20,000 nucleotides of DNA from an uncultured virus (IMG/VR IMGVR_UViG_3300042865_001090) (IMGVR_UViG_3300042865_001090), one strand, 5' to 3'. Counted from the first letter of the stretch, positions 1 through 8,502 are shown. Made by a program: numbers and translations. Notes: generated from the sequence alone by a model not told the origin.

Positions 1-1
1 T

Positions 2-109
2 GAATTGAATGACGACTCGATTGAGGCTATTTCTCGCGCGATATATGCGTCGTATGTGGATAGCAATATTGAAGACATCGAAATGGACAGAATTTTCTCG
101 AAGAGATAA
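2..109 (+). CDS. 3' end of an upstream gene (partial; ...ELNDDSIEAISRAIYASYVDSNIEDIEMDRIFSKR*), function unknown
   Basis: Frame +2 is open from the window edge to TAA at 107-109, 3 nt before the next ATG (113). Translated manually. Confidence 0.65.
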   Translation, partial: ELNDDSIEAISRAIYASYVDSNIEDIEMDRIFSKR

Positions 110-112
110 TTC

Positions 113-484
113 ATGGCTTCAGATTTTTTAAGTCACCTTGCTCGATTGCGCGACAGCGCCATAGTGAATCACGACATGAAGTCTGTCAATAAATATAATG
201 ATGCAATCGACGACTTTTTGGAACTTAGCAAAAAACAAGAAAATTCGATTGCTCCTCGAACGGCAAAAAAGAAGTCATCGCGCTTCACTGTTAGCAAGCG
301 GAGACCAAACGTCAGCCGTGAATCCTCTTCTATGGGTTATGCTAAACCTATACATAATCAACGGATTTTAAGTAAATACAACTGCATGGTTACCGGAGAA
401 AAGCGCATGAATCCATGCGCTGGCTGTAGTAACGTACAAGGTTGTATTTCCAATTCAATGCAGTACAAGGAGCACCAAGCATGA
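113..484 (+). CDS. Hypothetical protein (123 aa), basic central region and C-terminal 4-Cys cluster (C-x10-C-x2-C-x5-C)
   Basis: ORF track. Its TGA overlaps the next ATG (ATGA 481-484). Contains CMVTGEKRMNPCAGCSNVQGC. Confidence 0.75.
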   Translation: MASDFLSHLARLRDSAIVNHDMKSVNKYNDAIDDFLELSKKQENSIAPRTAKKKSSRFTVSKRRPNVSRESSSMGYAKPIHNQRILSKYNCMVTGEKRMNPCAGCSNVQGCISNSMQYKEHQA

Positions 485-1986
485 GCGAAAAAGCAGCAGT
501 CGTAAAGTTGAATGCTGACGGCGAAGTTGTTAGTTGCGCCAAAGGCCTCGGCTCGGATGAGTGTGGATACACGCCAGGCGCAAAAGTTTGTGGAAAGTGC
601 GGAGCAATGGCTGTCTCTGTAAAGAAGAAAGAAGATGTTGACGTTAAGGCCGCCAAGAAAAACATGCTAAACATGGCCGCAATGGATTCTGACCTGGATG
701 AAGAAATGTCCATGGAAGATGAAGAAAAAGATGACGACATGGAAGACATGGAGCTCGTTGATGACGAAGAGGACATGGATGAAGAGGACATGGACGACGA
801 AGACGACGAAGACATGGCCGCAGATGACGACGAAGAAGACGAAGACATGGAAGACCTTGACGGCAAAATGTATGATGATGAATCAGTAGACGAAATGTTC
901 GTCCGTCGTTCTGCGCCAAAGAAGAAAAAGAAAGGCGCCATGATGATGGGGCCAGACGCTGAAGTAGAACTAGACGAAGACGAAAAAGACATGGATGGCA
1001 TGTACTCAGATGAATCTTCAGTTCGCAAAAAGATGCGCAGACGCAGACTCGGAACAATGGGGTACAAGTCAGCAGATTTTGACGACAACGCATTCGTTTG
1101 TGGATTCGACCGCAAGGTCTACCCAGGCGGCGCAAATGTTTGCGATAGCTGCCCAGGCGGTTGTGTTTCCGAAAAGGGAATGCCAGCCCTGATTGAAATT
1201 GAAGGCATGGCAGAAGACATGTTTAGAGGCAAGGTTCTCGATTCTGGATATTCAGATGAAGCAGACCTGTTTATAGTTGATGTTGAGAGAAAAGACGGAA
1301 AGCCAGTCGAGGTGTTCTTCGATGGTTCAACCGGCGAAGTCATGGGCTGGCACATGCTCACTCAGGATGTCGTGCAGGTTAAGTCTGCGCTGCAAAACAA
1401 GGTGATGATTAGCTTTGGTGAAGCAGCAGATATTGCTGTTAAATCGGTTGAAGGTGACATCATTGCTGTTGAACCAGATGTTTTTGAGGGATTTGATGTT
1501 TACGCAGTAGAAATCGAGGGCCTCAATGGCAAGTCGTATGACGTGTTTGTTGGGCTCGATGGTGAAGTGCTTGGATACGATGAGTATACGCAGGAAGAAG
1601 CTTCAGAGATTGAAGCCGAAGCGGCGGAAATTGCGCTGAAGCGTGCCTACTCGGAAGATTCGCGCACATCAATGGCTCAAGCCGGGCAGGCACTTGCAGA
1701 TGGTTCATTCCCAATCAAGGATGAAGCAGACTTGAAGAATGCAATCCAGGCTTACGGTCGCGCAAAAGACAAGACAGCAGCAAAAGCTCATATCATGAAG
1801 AGAGCTGTTGACCTTGGCATGGAAGAAATGATTCCTTTGAGCTGGGTCTCCAAGGAAGATATGGACAAAGCCAAAAAGGACTACGCTGCTGAAGAGAAGT
1901 CAGAAGTGACGGATTTCTTGTCAAACTTGATGGAATTCGAAATGCTTTCCATCGAAGAGGAAATCAACGAACCAAAACCTGAATAG
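481..1986 (+). CDS. Multidomain acidic protein (501 aa from ATG 481): N-terminal 4-Cys motif, D/E/M-rich tract, second 4-Cys motif, two PepSY-like domains, C-terminal DUF6582-like helical domain; possibly head-assembly related
   Basis: AAGGAG at 467-472 and the ATGA overlap favour start 481 over the track's 442. PepSY-like patterns at ~1192-1347 (...FIVDVERKDGKPVEVFFDGSTGEVMG) and ~1408-1575 (ISFGEAADIA...YAVEIEGLNGKSYDVFVGLDGEVLG). ALADGSFPIKDEADLKNAIQAYGRAKDKTAAKAHIMKRA resembles a phage DUF6582-type domain (from memory). Confidence 0.8.
   Translation: MSEKAAVVKLNADGEVVSCAKGLGSDECGYTPGAKVCGKCGAMAVSVKKKEDVDVKAAKKNMLNMAAMDSDLDEEMSMEDEEKDDDMEDMELVDDEEDMDEEDMDDEDDEDMAADDDEEDEDMEDLDGKMYDDESVDEMFVRRSAPKKKKKGAMMMGPDAEVELDEDEKDMDGMYSDESSVRKKMRRRRLGTMGYKSADFDDNAFVCGFDRKVYPGGANVCDSCPGGCVSEKGMPALIEIEGMAEDMFRGKVLDSGYSDEADLFIVDVERKDGKPVEVFFDGSTGEVMGWHMLTQDVVQVKSALQNKVMISFGEAADIAVKSVEGDIIAVEPDVFEGFDVYAVEIEGLNGKSYDVFVGLDGEVLGYDEYTQEEASEIEAEAAEIALKRAYSEDSRTSMAQAGQALADGSFPIKDEADLKNAIQAYGRAKDKTAAKAHIMKRAVDLGMEEMIPLSWVSKEDMDKAKKDYAAEEKSEVTDFLSNLMEFEMLSIEEEINEPKPE
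685..1014 (+). repeat. Low-complexity acidic coding tract with about 7 copies of GACATGG (Asp-Met) among GAA/GAC/GAT codons
   Basis: Seen directly: EDMDEEDMDDEDDEDMAADDDEEDEDMEDLD, interrupted by a KKKKK patch. Confidence 0.8.
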
Positions 1987-2045
1987 GCTAATATGGTTGT
2001 TGTTCCATAACTTCGTTAGGTGATTGCGGTATCTGTTTGCCGCCT

Positions 2046-2050
2046 AGGAG
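2046..2050 (+). promoter_or_regulatory. Shine-Dalgarno site for the 2026-aa gene
   Basis: AGGAG 6 nt upstream of GTG at 2057. Confidence 0.75.
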
Positions 2051-2056
2051 CAACAA

Positions 2057-5000
2057 GTGGCTAATTCATATTCCAATTTCGCAGAACGCAGGATAAACAA
2101 CCTGTCCAAGAATGGCGAATTAGAAATAGGTTTCATTCCCAAAATAGAGACCAAGGCCGAAAAACCAGAAGTAAATAAGCCTCCAGTAAAATATTCAAAC
2201 CCGTATGAAGAATACATAAAGACATGGGAGCCGGGGGACGTAATACCGCTTGTTCCACCAGGCAAGAGAATGCATTTTTGCACTTTCAACCCAAATATGC
2301 TGGATACAGATTCAACATTTTTTAGGTCAACACACAAACATTCCTCTCCGACGAAATTTAAATCGGGTGAACTGAATGACATCGAGTACAAGGTCCTTGG
2401 AAGGAAACTAAAGGACAGCCTTGACTCGCTACTGCGAAGAGCAGCCAAAACAAGAGGCTTATGGGTTGACGATAAAAACAAGCTTCGCTGCCCTCCGGGA
2501 ACACCAGCTGCAAACCAATTTACAGACATAACTGGCTCTAACTGCTTCATACCGTCACCAAGAACTGCCGCACAAAGTGGAGCTCGTGCAGTGCGTAGAG
2601 CAACAGCTGGCGCAACCCAGATGTCAACCCAGGTTGGCGGAAGAGTTGCTAGTGGATTCGATGCAGCTAGAGCAAACGCTGAACAAATTAGAGAACTTGG
2701 TTTTGAAAGAGTTCAAGAAGCAATGGGGTACGGTGGCAGAATTGCGCCCACTCCACAAATGGTTAGCGATACAGTCTCGGGAGCCATGAGGGCTACGAGG
2801 TTTGGTCTCATACCAAACCCTTCAGCGAGAACTGGAGGCAAGCAGCGTGGAGCACCGAAGGGCGTCGGCAACAATGTGTGGCAGCTTGGATTAAAAGAAC
2901 AAGTCTGGAGAGGCAGAAGAGCCACCGAACTTGCTCGCTCCACAAGGGATAGATTTAATAACCCAAACCGACCAGACGGACTAAGACTCCCACCGAGTCA
3001 GAACTTCCCGGCCGGTAGACCAATCGGCGACATAAGCCAAAAGGCTCAATTCGTTTCCGCAATGGCCGAACTATTTCCAAACGTTCCACAAGCAGAAATA
3101 GAAGAAATGTTTGACCAAGCAATTCCAATGAGCTTGAGCAGGATGGAAAGGTCAAAACTGAAGGCATCTTTGATTCAATACTGGTACTCCTGGATGGAAA
3201 ATGCAATTGCAAATCCAGAGCAGGCAAAATGGGTTACCTCTTTCGCGATAGATACGGAAATGGGGTCAGCGTTCGAAGTTAGATTTGATGCATTTGCTCC
3301 CTCGCCTTCAACGGGAGGAAGAAGAATTAGCCAAGCAGCATCAAACGCGGCTCAGGGAAGAACCGCAGAACAGGGTGGACTTCAGTTCTCCCTTGTTATG
3401 AATCCATGGGAAATGTGGTCACAGGTAAATCGCTCGGGCTTTGACAGAAATGGTCGAGCAAATGGAGTCGCTGATTCTGTTGAGGGTGACATGCACTATT
3501 TGGCCAACCATGAGTGGGGCCACGTTGCGCACTTCTCGAGTGTTATGGAGACACTTGGATTCCAAACGCAAAATCTTCAGAGATATCCGCTTGCACAAAC
3601 ACTCGTAAAACCACAGCAGGGTGGTCCCCAGTGGCAAAGACAGAAACAAGTCAATGCATGGATGATTGACTTTAGGCAAGCTGCGAATCCAACAGGAAAC
3701 AGAAGTATTCAGCTGTTAATCGACTCAGCAAACAATCTAAGCAGAAGGCAATATATTCGCTCTGGAAGTTGGGGAGGTTCGACCGGGTACACAAGGCAAG
3801 ACCTGGAGACCGATTTAAACAATTTTCATAATGCGCTAGCTGAGGCAATTGAAAACAACATCACCGATGATGCTGACGACCAGGAGTTGATGAGACAGTT
3901 TTCTGGTGGTGTTTATGCGGCAACATCAAACATAGAAGCCCGCGCAGAGTTCTTCGCATCCCGAAGATTGTTTGGAGACCCGGTACTAACAGGTGGGCAA
4001 ACAGGAATCCCATCCACGGTTGATGAGTTCGCGCGAACAATGGCTTCAGCCCAGGGAGCCACACGGACGCAGGCACAATACCGTTCCCAGATGGACGACA
4101 TTGGACAGAATGTTTTTAGTGTTCCTGGAAACGCATGGAATATTAGTGGTCGCATGGCTGGTTCTGGATTGCCACAACAAAGGCCAACACTTAAAACACA
4201 GGCCGTCAGAAGAGCTGTAGACCAAAACTATCCACGAAGCAATAGAAATAGGAGTTCCTCGGCTATTACTGGAGCAATGAGGTCATCCTCATTACAGCAG
4301 AGAACCACTTCTTCTCGTGACTGGAAAAATCAAGACACGATAAGTTCAATAAACACAAACAGGCCATTCACCGAAGAGCGTCAATCGCTGCCGGGAATGC
4401 TGCAATCAGCATTGGGAACTCAGCAATCATCTACACCAATCGTTGGAAGGATGTCCCCGCTGGTGCCAACAACGGTCACGGGTGTTAGGAATCGTTTCGA
4501 TGGCAGCAGGTCTGGTGATGTCGACATCAAGGTCCACGAAATAAACGGCGAAAAAATAGTATTTGATAATCCCGACGCAATATCAATCGATGACTCATCA
4601 ATAAAAATTATTCCTAAAAACCCATTTGAGATAACCGGAAAATCCAGAACCAGTAAGGAAGGTCGCGAATATTCAGAGAAGTGGCTCAATGCCCATCTAG
4701 GCAAAGGAGACATGGATTCGAATGATGTCGACGCCCTTCTGTATCGAGCATCACGCGGTGACACGGAGGCAGCAAAGGAATTCGATGGTTTAGCGGAAAA
4801 AGGAAGCAAGCGAGTCTCTGAAGCAGAAGGAAAATTGTATGAACCCATCGAACTTGATGAATACCAGGAAAGAACAATAACCCGAGCTGGTCTTGAGGAT
4901 TTGAGCCTAGATGACTTGTATGTTGTACATGAAACAAGTTACGAGCCAGAAATTGATGAAAATGGAGACATAAGCATCTCTCCTCGTTCTAACTTTGAGG

Positions 5001-8000
5001 AAACAACTGAATCCGGAAAGAAGGTAAGGGTTCCTCGCCACACGATTCACTTCGCATTAAATCACCTTGTTGGTGGACATATATTTAGGCAGCGCTCAGA
5101 AAAAGATACGACTATCTTAATAGCGCCACTGTCTCAGGTGCTAAGAGACAATCCAGATTCACTCGACAATCTATATACGCTTGATACTGTTCTTACACCA
5201 AAACCTGGTGAGGGGATAAAGCTCAAATCAGGAAGCTTCCGAAGACTCACTGGTACACCAGACAAAGAAGCAACAGAAGAGGCTGTTCGTCAGCAGCTAA
5301 ACGAAATGGGTGCAACAAAGATTTTTAAAGCAGAATCAGCAGAGTCTTCAACTGACGCACAGGATTTAGCAGTCGGCAAAATAGCCAGGCAGCTGAGAAC
5401 CCAATCGGGATTGCACGCAAACATCCCAAGCGGACAGGTCGAGCAGTATTTGATTCGCCAGGCTGGAAGTGGTGGTAGCGCTGAAGTGACGCTTCCGCCT
5501 AGTTGGGTGGCCGGAATGAGCAAAAACCATCGCCAAAGACTTGGTGATTCAAACTTCTGGAGCGATGCGAAACCAGCCCCAATCACCGGCTTTATGAGAA
5601 GCGGCTCGACCCCACAAGCAGGACAGAGCAGAATCAAGAAAAACAAAGACGGTGTGCCTCAGTACCCACGGACGCCAACCTACGGTCCAATGCTCGGTGA
5701 AACAGAAAATATTTTTGCTGGAGTTAATTCTTGGGAAGAATTTAAACAGAGATATAATGACCAGGAAATAGTCTTTCTTGATTATGAAACAACTGGTTTA
5801 GTATTCGACAAATATGGTCGCGCTACGGAAAACGGAAATCCGGTAGAAATAGGCGCAATAAAAGTAAAAAACGGACAAGTAATAGACAGATTCAACACAT
5901 TTGTCAATCCGGGAAAGCCTCTGCAGCAATGGTCTAAAGACAACTTGCGCGACGCAGACGGAAACCCCCTCACTGACCAATACCTACAGGGGGCTGAGTC
6001 TTTGGAGTCTGGGCACAAAAAACTTGTTGAATTTGCTGGACCAAATGCAATTATGGGTGTTCAAAACGCCGCATACGACAAGAACGTACTTGAAGACACT
6101 CTCCGTGAAGCGGGAATTGAATGGCAAGCAAGGGGCTGGATTGACCTCAAAGATATGGCCGGCATGACACTCCCAAGGTACACAGATGAAAATCCGGATG
6201 GACCACATAAGACAAATAAAGATGGAACAAAATCACCATCCAATGGACTTGCGGACATAACAAGATACCTCGGGGTCCCTCTTGGCAAAGAGCATCATAG
6301 AGCAGACAAAGACGCTGAAGCAACAGCGGAATCAATGCGTCTTTTGATTGATGGTGCAATTGAAAAGAATTGGTCAAAAGACGCTCTGGATAGAGCCAAG
6401 CGAAGTGCGTACGTCAAAAAAACACAAGACGATTTTGACTCAGATGTAAAAGAATGGGAGTCCGAGCTTGCAAAGTACTTAGGTGATGGAGTGTCGGGAA
6501 AGATGTCGTCATCACCTGCTTTGCGCTCTGCTCCACAGTTTGGCAGAAGACAGTCTCGTGAGTTCTATAGCTCGGTACCAAACAGTAAATTATGGAGACC
6601 GGAAACTCTCGAGCAAAGCGAACCATCACGAATTGCGAAAAGACAAGAAATAATCAAAGACATCAAAGGATTCATAGAGTCTGGCGATGGCGACGCAAAA
6701 TACATGTCTGCAATGAATGGACTTGACCCAGAATTTGCTAACTACATGCGCAATACCGAAGACCGCGAGATTCTGGCAGACCTTCGTCAGGCAGCAGTTG
6801 AATTTCATGCTGGCATCGACCAGAGACCACGTCTAAACGTAAACACTGCAGAACTTTCGAGCTTAATGGAAAATGGGCTACGAAGAGACGATTCAGGCAA
6901 ACCGCGACGTCTGTCAGAGAGAGTAAAAGCCTACGAAGCAGACATTGGAATTTCTCCAGACCTTCCCGACGCAGAACGCCCAATAACTGGATACATGGTG
7001 CATTCCGATGGCGACTTCGCTGAACAAGAGGCTTCATTTAGGGAGTTTTCTAATAAAGTTGATGTCAATTCTCCACGTTATAAGTTTGACCTTTTTAAGT
7101 CAAGTAACGAAAATCGCAACAATGGTTTCAATTCTATTTTTGGTGATGCTGAAATAATTCTAAAACCAGAAACCGGCCAAAGGACAGCTTACGGCAACGG
7201 TGACGCCCTTGATAATCACATATTTCCTGTCCTGGCAAACTCAACAGATTCTGACGAAATAGGTCGCGCACTCATTGACCCTAACGGAAGATTTGACGAA
7301 CGTGAATCAAATTCCATCGAACTTCTCTATGGAAAATTTAAAAATGATTTCAATGCCTACAGAAAAGATAACGGTCAAACTCGTCCACGGATAAGCGGAG
7401 CATGGGGAAATAGGGACGCCCTGATTATGGGCGGAATAGAGCCGAGTGATATCGAAGAGGTGAGGGTTCCGTTTAATTCTCTAGATATTACAAACTCAAC
7501 CACGCCGGAAGAATTTGCAAAAAAACCAAGAGAACTTAAGTACTTACCCGTTACTGAGTATGTAGACGAAGGCCCTGCGATTGCTTCCTCCGGCGCAGGA
7601 GCACCACCGCCGCCACCACCGCCAGATGACCCTGACAACAACATGACAGACGAAGAAATTTCTAAAATTCAAGAAAAAATGAAACGGAGTTTTGCGGCCA
7701 CAAAAGAAGAGCAAAAAATAATCGAAGATATTTTGTCTGGGTTAGAGCCAATTAATGCGATACCCAAAAATTTAGCCATACGAATTGACAACGTTAACGA
7801 ATACAGGAAAATCTCAGACGACTTTAGAAATCTAAGAAGAATTGAAGAAGCCGAAAGACTTCAGAGATTAGCGAAAGCAAGAGGTTTTAATCTTGCAGTA
7901 ACCAATGACTACGGATTGGACGTATTTGATGGGCGCTCATTCTCAAGTAAGGCTCCCAAGTCAAAAACATCAAAAGAAGTTATTGAGGCAAAAATAGACA

Positions 8001-8137
8001 AGCAGATAGAAGAACTTGTTGAGTCAATGCGTCAGGCAAAGTTCAAAAACATTAAAAATATTTCTGACTCCAGAAGCAGACTGGAAAAGATACAGGAAGA
8101 GTTTGATAAACTCACAGACGGCAGGAATGAAAAGTGA
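2057..8137 (+). CDS. Giant multi-enzyme (polyvalent-type) protein, 2026 aa: RCP..FT..C motif, HEXXH zincin metallopeptidase, His-rich unknown domain, DEDDh 3'-5' exonuclease, DUF3626-like domain, polyproline linker, coiled-coil tail
   Basis: 6.1-kb uninterrupted ORF with SD. HEWGH (3509-3523) plus YAATSNIEARAEFF (3914-3955). DYETTG, QNAAYD and HHRADKD exonuclease motifs. ERPITGYM...FGDAEIILK...RTAYGNGD...IMGGIEPSDIEEV. Confidence 0.9.
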   Translation: MANSYSNFAERRINNLSKNGELEIGFIPKIETKAEKPEVNKPPVKYSNPYEEYIKTWEPGDVIPLVPPGKRMHFCTFNPNMLDTDSTFFRSTHKHSSPTKFKSGELNDIEYKVLGRKLKDSLDSLLRRAAKTRGLWVDDKNKLRCPPGTPAANQFTDITGSNCFIPSPRTAAQSGARAVRRATAGATQMSTQVGGRVASGFDAARANAEQIRELGFERVQEAMGYGGRIAPTPQMVSDTVSGAMRATRFGLIPNPSARTGGKQRGAPKGVGNNVWQLGLKEQVWRGRRATELARSTRDRFNNPNRPDGLRLPPSQNFPAGRPIGDISQKAQFVSAMAELFPNVPQAEIEEMFDQAIPMSLSRMERSKLKASLIQYWYSWMENAIANPEQAKWVTSFAIDTEMGSAFEVRFDAFAPSPSTGGRRISQAASNAAQGRTAEQGGLQFSLVMNPWEMWSQVNRSGFDRNGRANGVADSVEGDMHYLANHEWGHVAHFSSVMETLGFQTQNLQRYPLAQTLVKPQQGGPQWQRQKQVNAWMIDFRQAANPTGNRSIQLLIDSANNLSRRQYIRSGSWGGSTGYTRQDLETDLNNFHNALAEAIENNITDDADDQELMRQFSGGVYAATSNIEARAEFFASRRLFGDPVLTGGQTGIPSTVDEFARTMASAQGATRTQAQYRSQMDDIGQNVFSVPGNAWNISGRMAGSGLPQQRPTLKTQAVRRAVDQNYPRSNRNRSSSAITGAMRSSSLQQRTTSSRDWKNQDTISSINTNRPFTEERQSLPGMLQSALGTQQSSTPIVGRMSPLVPTTVTGVRNRFDGSRSGDVDIKVHEINGEKIVFDNPDAISIDDSSIKIIPKNPFEITGKSRTSKEGREYSEKWLNAHLGKGDMDSNDVDALLYRASRGDTEAAKEFDGLAEKGSKRVSEAEGKLYEPIELDEYQERTITRAGLEDLSLDDLYVVHETSYEPEIDENGDISISPRSNFEETTESGKKVRVPRHTIHFALNHLVGGHIFRQRSEKDTTILIAPLSQVLRDNPDSLDNLYTLDTVLTPKPGEGIKLKSGSFRRLTGTPDKEATEEAVRQQLNEMGATKIFKAESAESSTDAQDLAVGKIARQLRTQSGLHANIPSGQVEQYLIRQAGSGGSAEVTLPPSWVAGMSKNHRQRLGDSNFWSDAKPAPITGFMRSGSTPQAGQSRIKKNKDGVPQYPRTPTYGPMLGETENIFAGVNSWEEFKQRYNDQEIVFLDYETTGLVFDKYGRATENGNPVEIGAIKVKNGQVIDRFNTFVNPGKPLQQWSKDNLRDADGNPLTDQYLQGAESLESGHKKLVEFAGPNAIMGVQNAAYDKNVLEDTLREAGIEWQARGWIDLKDMAGMTLPRYTDENPDGPHKTNKDGTKSPSNGLADITRYLGVPLGKEHHRADKDAEATAESMRLLIDGAIEKNWSKDALDRAKRSAYVKKTQDDFDSDVKEWESELAKYLGDGVSGKMSSSPALRSAPQFGRRQSREFYSSVPNSKLWRPETLEQSEPSRIAKRQEIIKDIKGFIESGDGDAKYMSAMNGLDPEFANYMRNTEDREILADLRQAAVEFHAGIDQRPRLNVNTAELSSLMENGLRRDDSGKPRRLSERVKAYEADIGISPDLPDAERPITGYMVHSDGDFAEQEASFREFSNKVDVNSPRYKFDLFKSSNENRNNGFNSIFGDAEIILKPETGQRTAYGNGDALDNHIFPVLANSTDSDEIGRALIDPNGRFDERESNSIELLYGKFKNDFNAYRKDNGQTRPRISGAWGNRDALIMGGIEPSDIEEVRVPFNSLDITNSTTPEEFAKKPRELKYLPVTEYVDEGPAIASSGAGAPPPPPPPDDPDNNMTDEEISKIQEKMKRSFAATKEEQKIIEDILSGLEPINAIPKNLAIRIDNVNEYRKISDDFRNLRRIEEAERLQRLAKARGFNLAVTNDYGLDVFDGRSFSSKAPKSKTSKEVIEAKIDKQIEELVESMRQAKFKNIKNISDSRSRLEKIQEEFDKLTDGRNEK
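3491..3960 (+). other. Zincin metallopeptidase catalytic core within the 2026-aa protein
   Basis: HEWGH zinc-binding motif plus a downstream YA-x5-E-x2-AE-F third-ligand helix, the pattern typical of anthrax-lethal-factor-like and phage metallopeptidase domains. Confidence 0.75.
5768..6350 (+). other. DEDDh (DnaQ/Pol III epsilon-like) 3'-5' exonuclease domain within the 2026-aa protein
   Basis: ExoI IVFLDYETTGL (D 5780, E 5786), VEIGAIKVKNGQVIDRFNTFVNP, ExoII QNAAYD (D 6077), ExoIII HRADKDA (H 6296, D 6311). All five catalytic residues are present. Confidence 0.92.
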
Positions 8138-8478
8138 AAAAGTACCTAATCGCCAAAGTCGGAAAAACTGGGAATCTCTATTTTGTTCCAGATGGCGACA
8201 GGTATAACGGCCTGTTTGTTGACGGCAAGAGATTATCCCCAGTTCCGCTGTTTTCTTTTATTGAACGACGTAATGACATCTTCCCAGTTATGAAGACCAA
8301 CAGACAGAAACGTTTCTGGAAGCTAGACTTCAGGGATAGTGACTGGTCCACTAGGCACAACACGGAAAACCCCGGAAAGATATCAAAGAATCCTTATAAT
8401 AAAAAAGCTTTAGATTTTTACGACCAACTAGAGGAAATCCAGCCAGTCCGCAAGCCAGGATTTCGGAAATCTAGTTGA
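8134..8478 (+). CDS. Hypothetical protein (114 aa), basic and aromatic-rich
   Basis: GTG start overlaps the upstream TGA (GTGA 8134-8137). Fills the gap between larger genes. Confidence 0.7.
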   Translation: MKKYLIAKVGKTGNLYFVPDGDRYNGLFVDGKRLSPVPLFSFIERRNDIFPVMKTNRQKRFWKLDFRDSDWSTRHNTENPGKISKNPYNKKALDFYDQLEEIQPVRKPGFRKSS

Positions 8479-8502
8479 CATGTATTTAAATCACAGTATT
8501 TT
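8475..8502 (+). promoter_or_regulatory. Candidate sigma70-type promoter
   Basis: Perfect TTGACA (8475-8480), 16-nt spacer, TATTTT (8497-8502). A TACAAT also lies at 8506-8511. Located in an AT-rich intergenic gap upstream of SD AGGAG (8541-8545). Confidence 0.45.

Noticed and set aside
390..1115. 241-aa poly-Ser ORF on the minus strand
   Set aside because: It is the antisense shadow of the GAA/GAC/GAT-rich acidic tract and fully overlaps two well-supported plus-strand genes.
1987..2056. Short hairpins in the intergenic gap (TATGG/CCATA 1992-2009; GCGGTA/TGCCGC 2026-2043) as terminator or riboregulator
   Set aside because: Stems are only 5-6 bp with no U-tract. Too weak to call without folding and conservation data.
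5768..6350. Calling the 2026-aa gene dnaQ or polC
   Set aside because: Only about 190 aa are exonuclease. No polymerase or PHP motifs were seen, so no gene symbol was assigned.
6983..7000. ITGYMV as a tenth GxM delimiter (also VGGRMR near 10841-10858)
   Set aside because: Both deviate from the consensus and fall inside putative folded domains (the DUF3626-like RPxxGY motif and the kinase-like beta hairpin), so they are probably coincidental.
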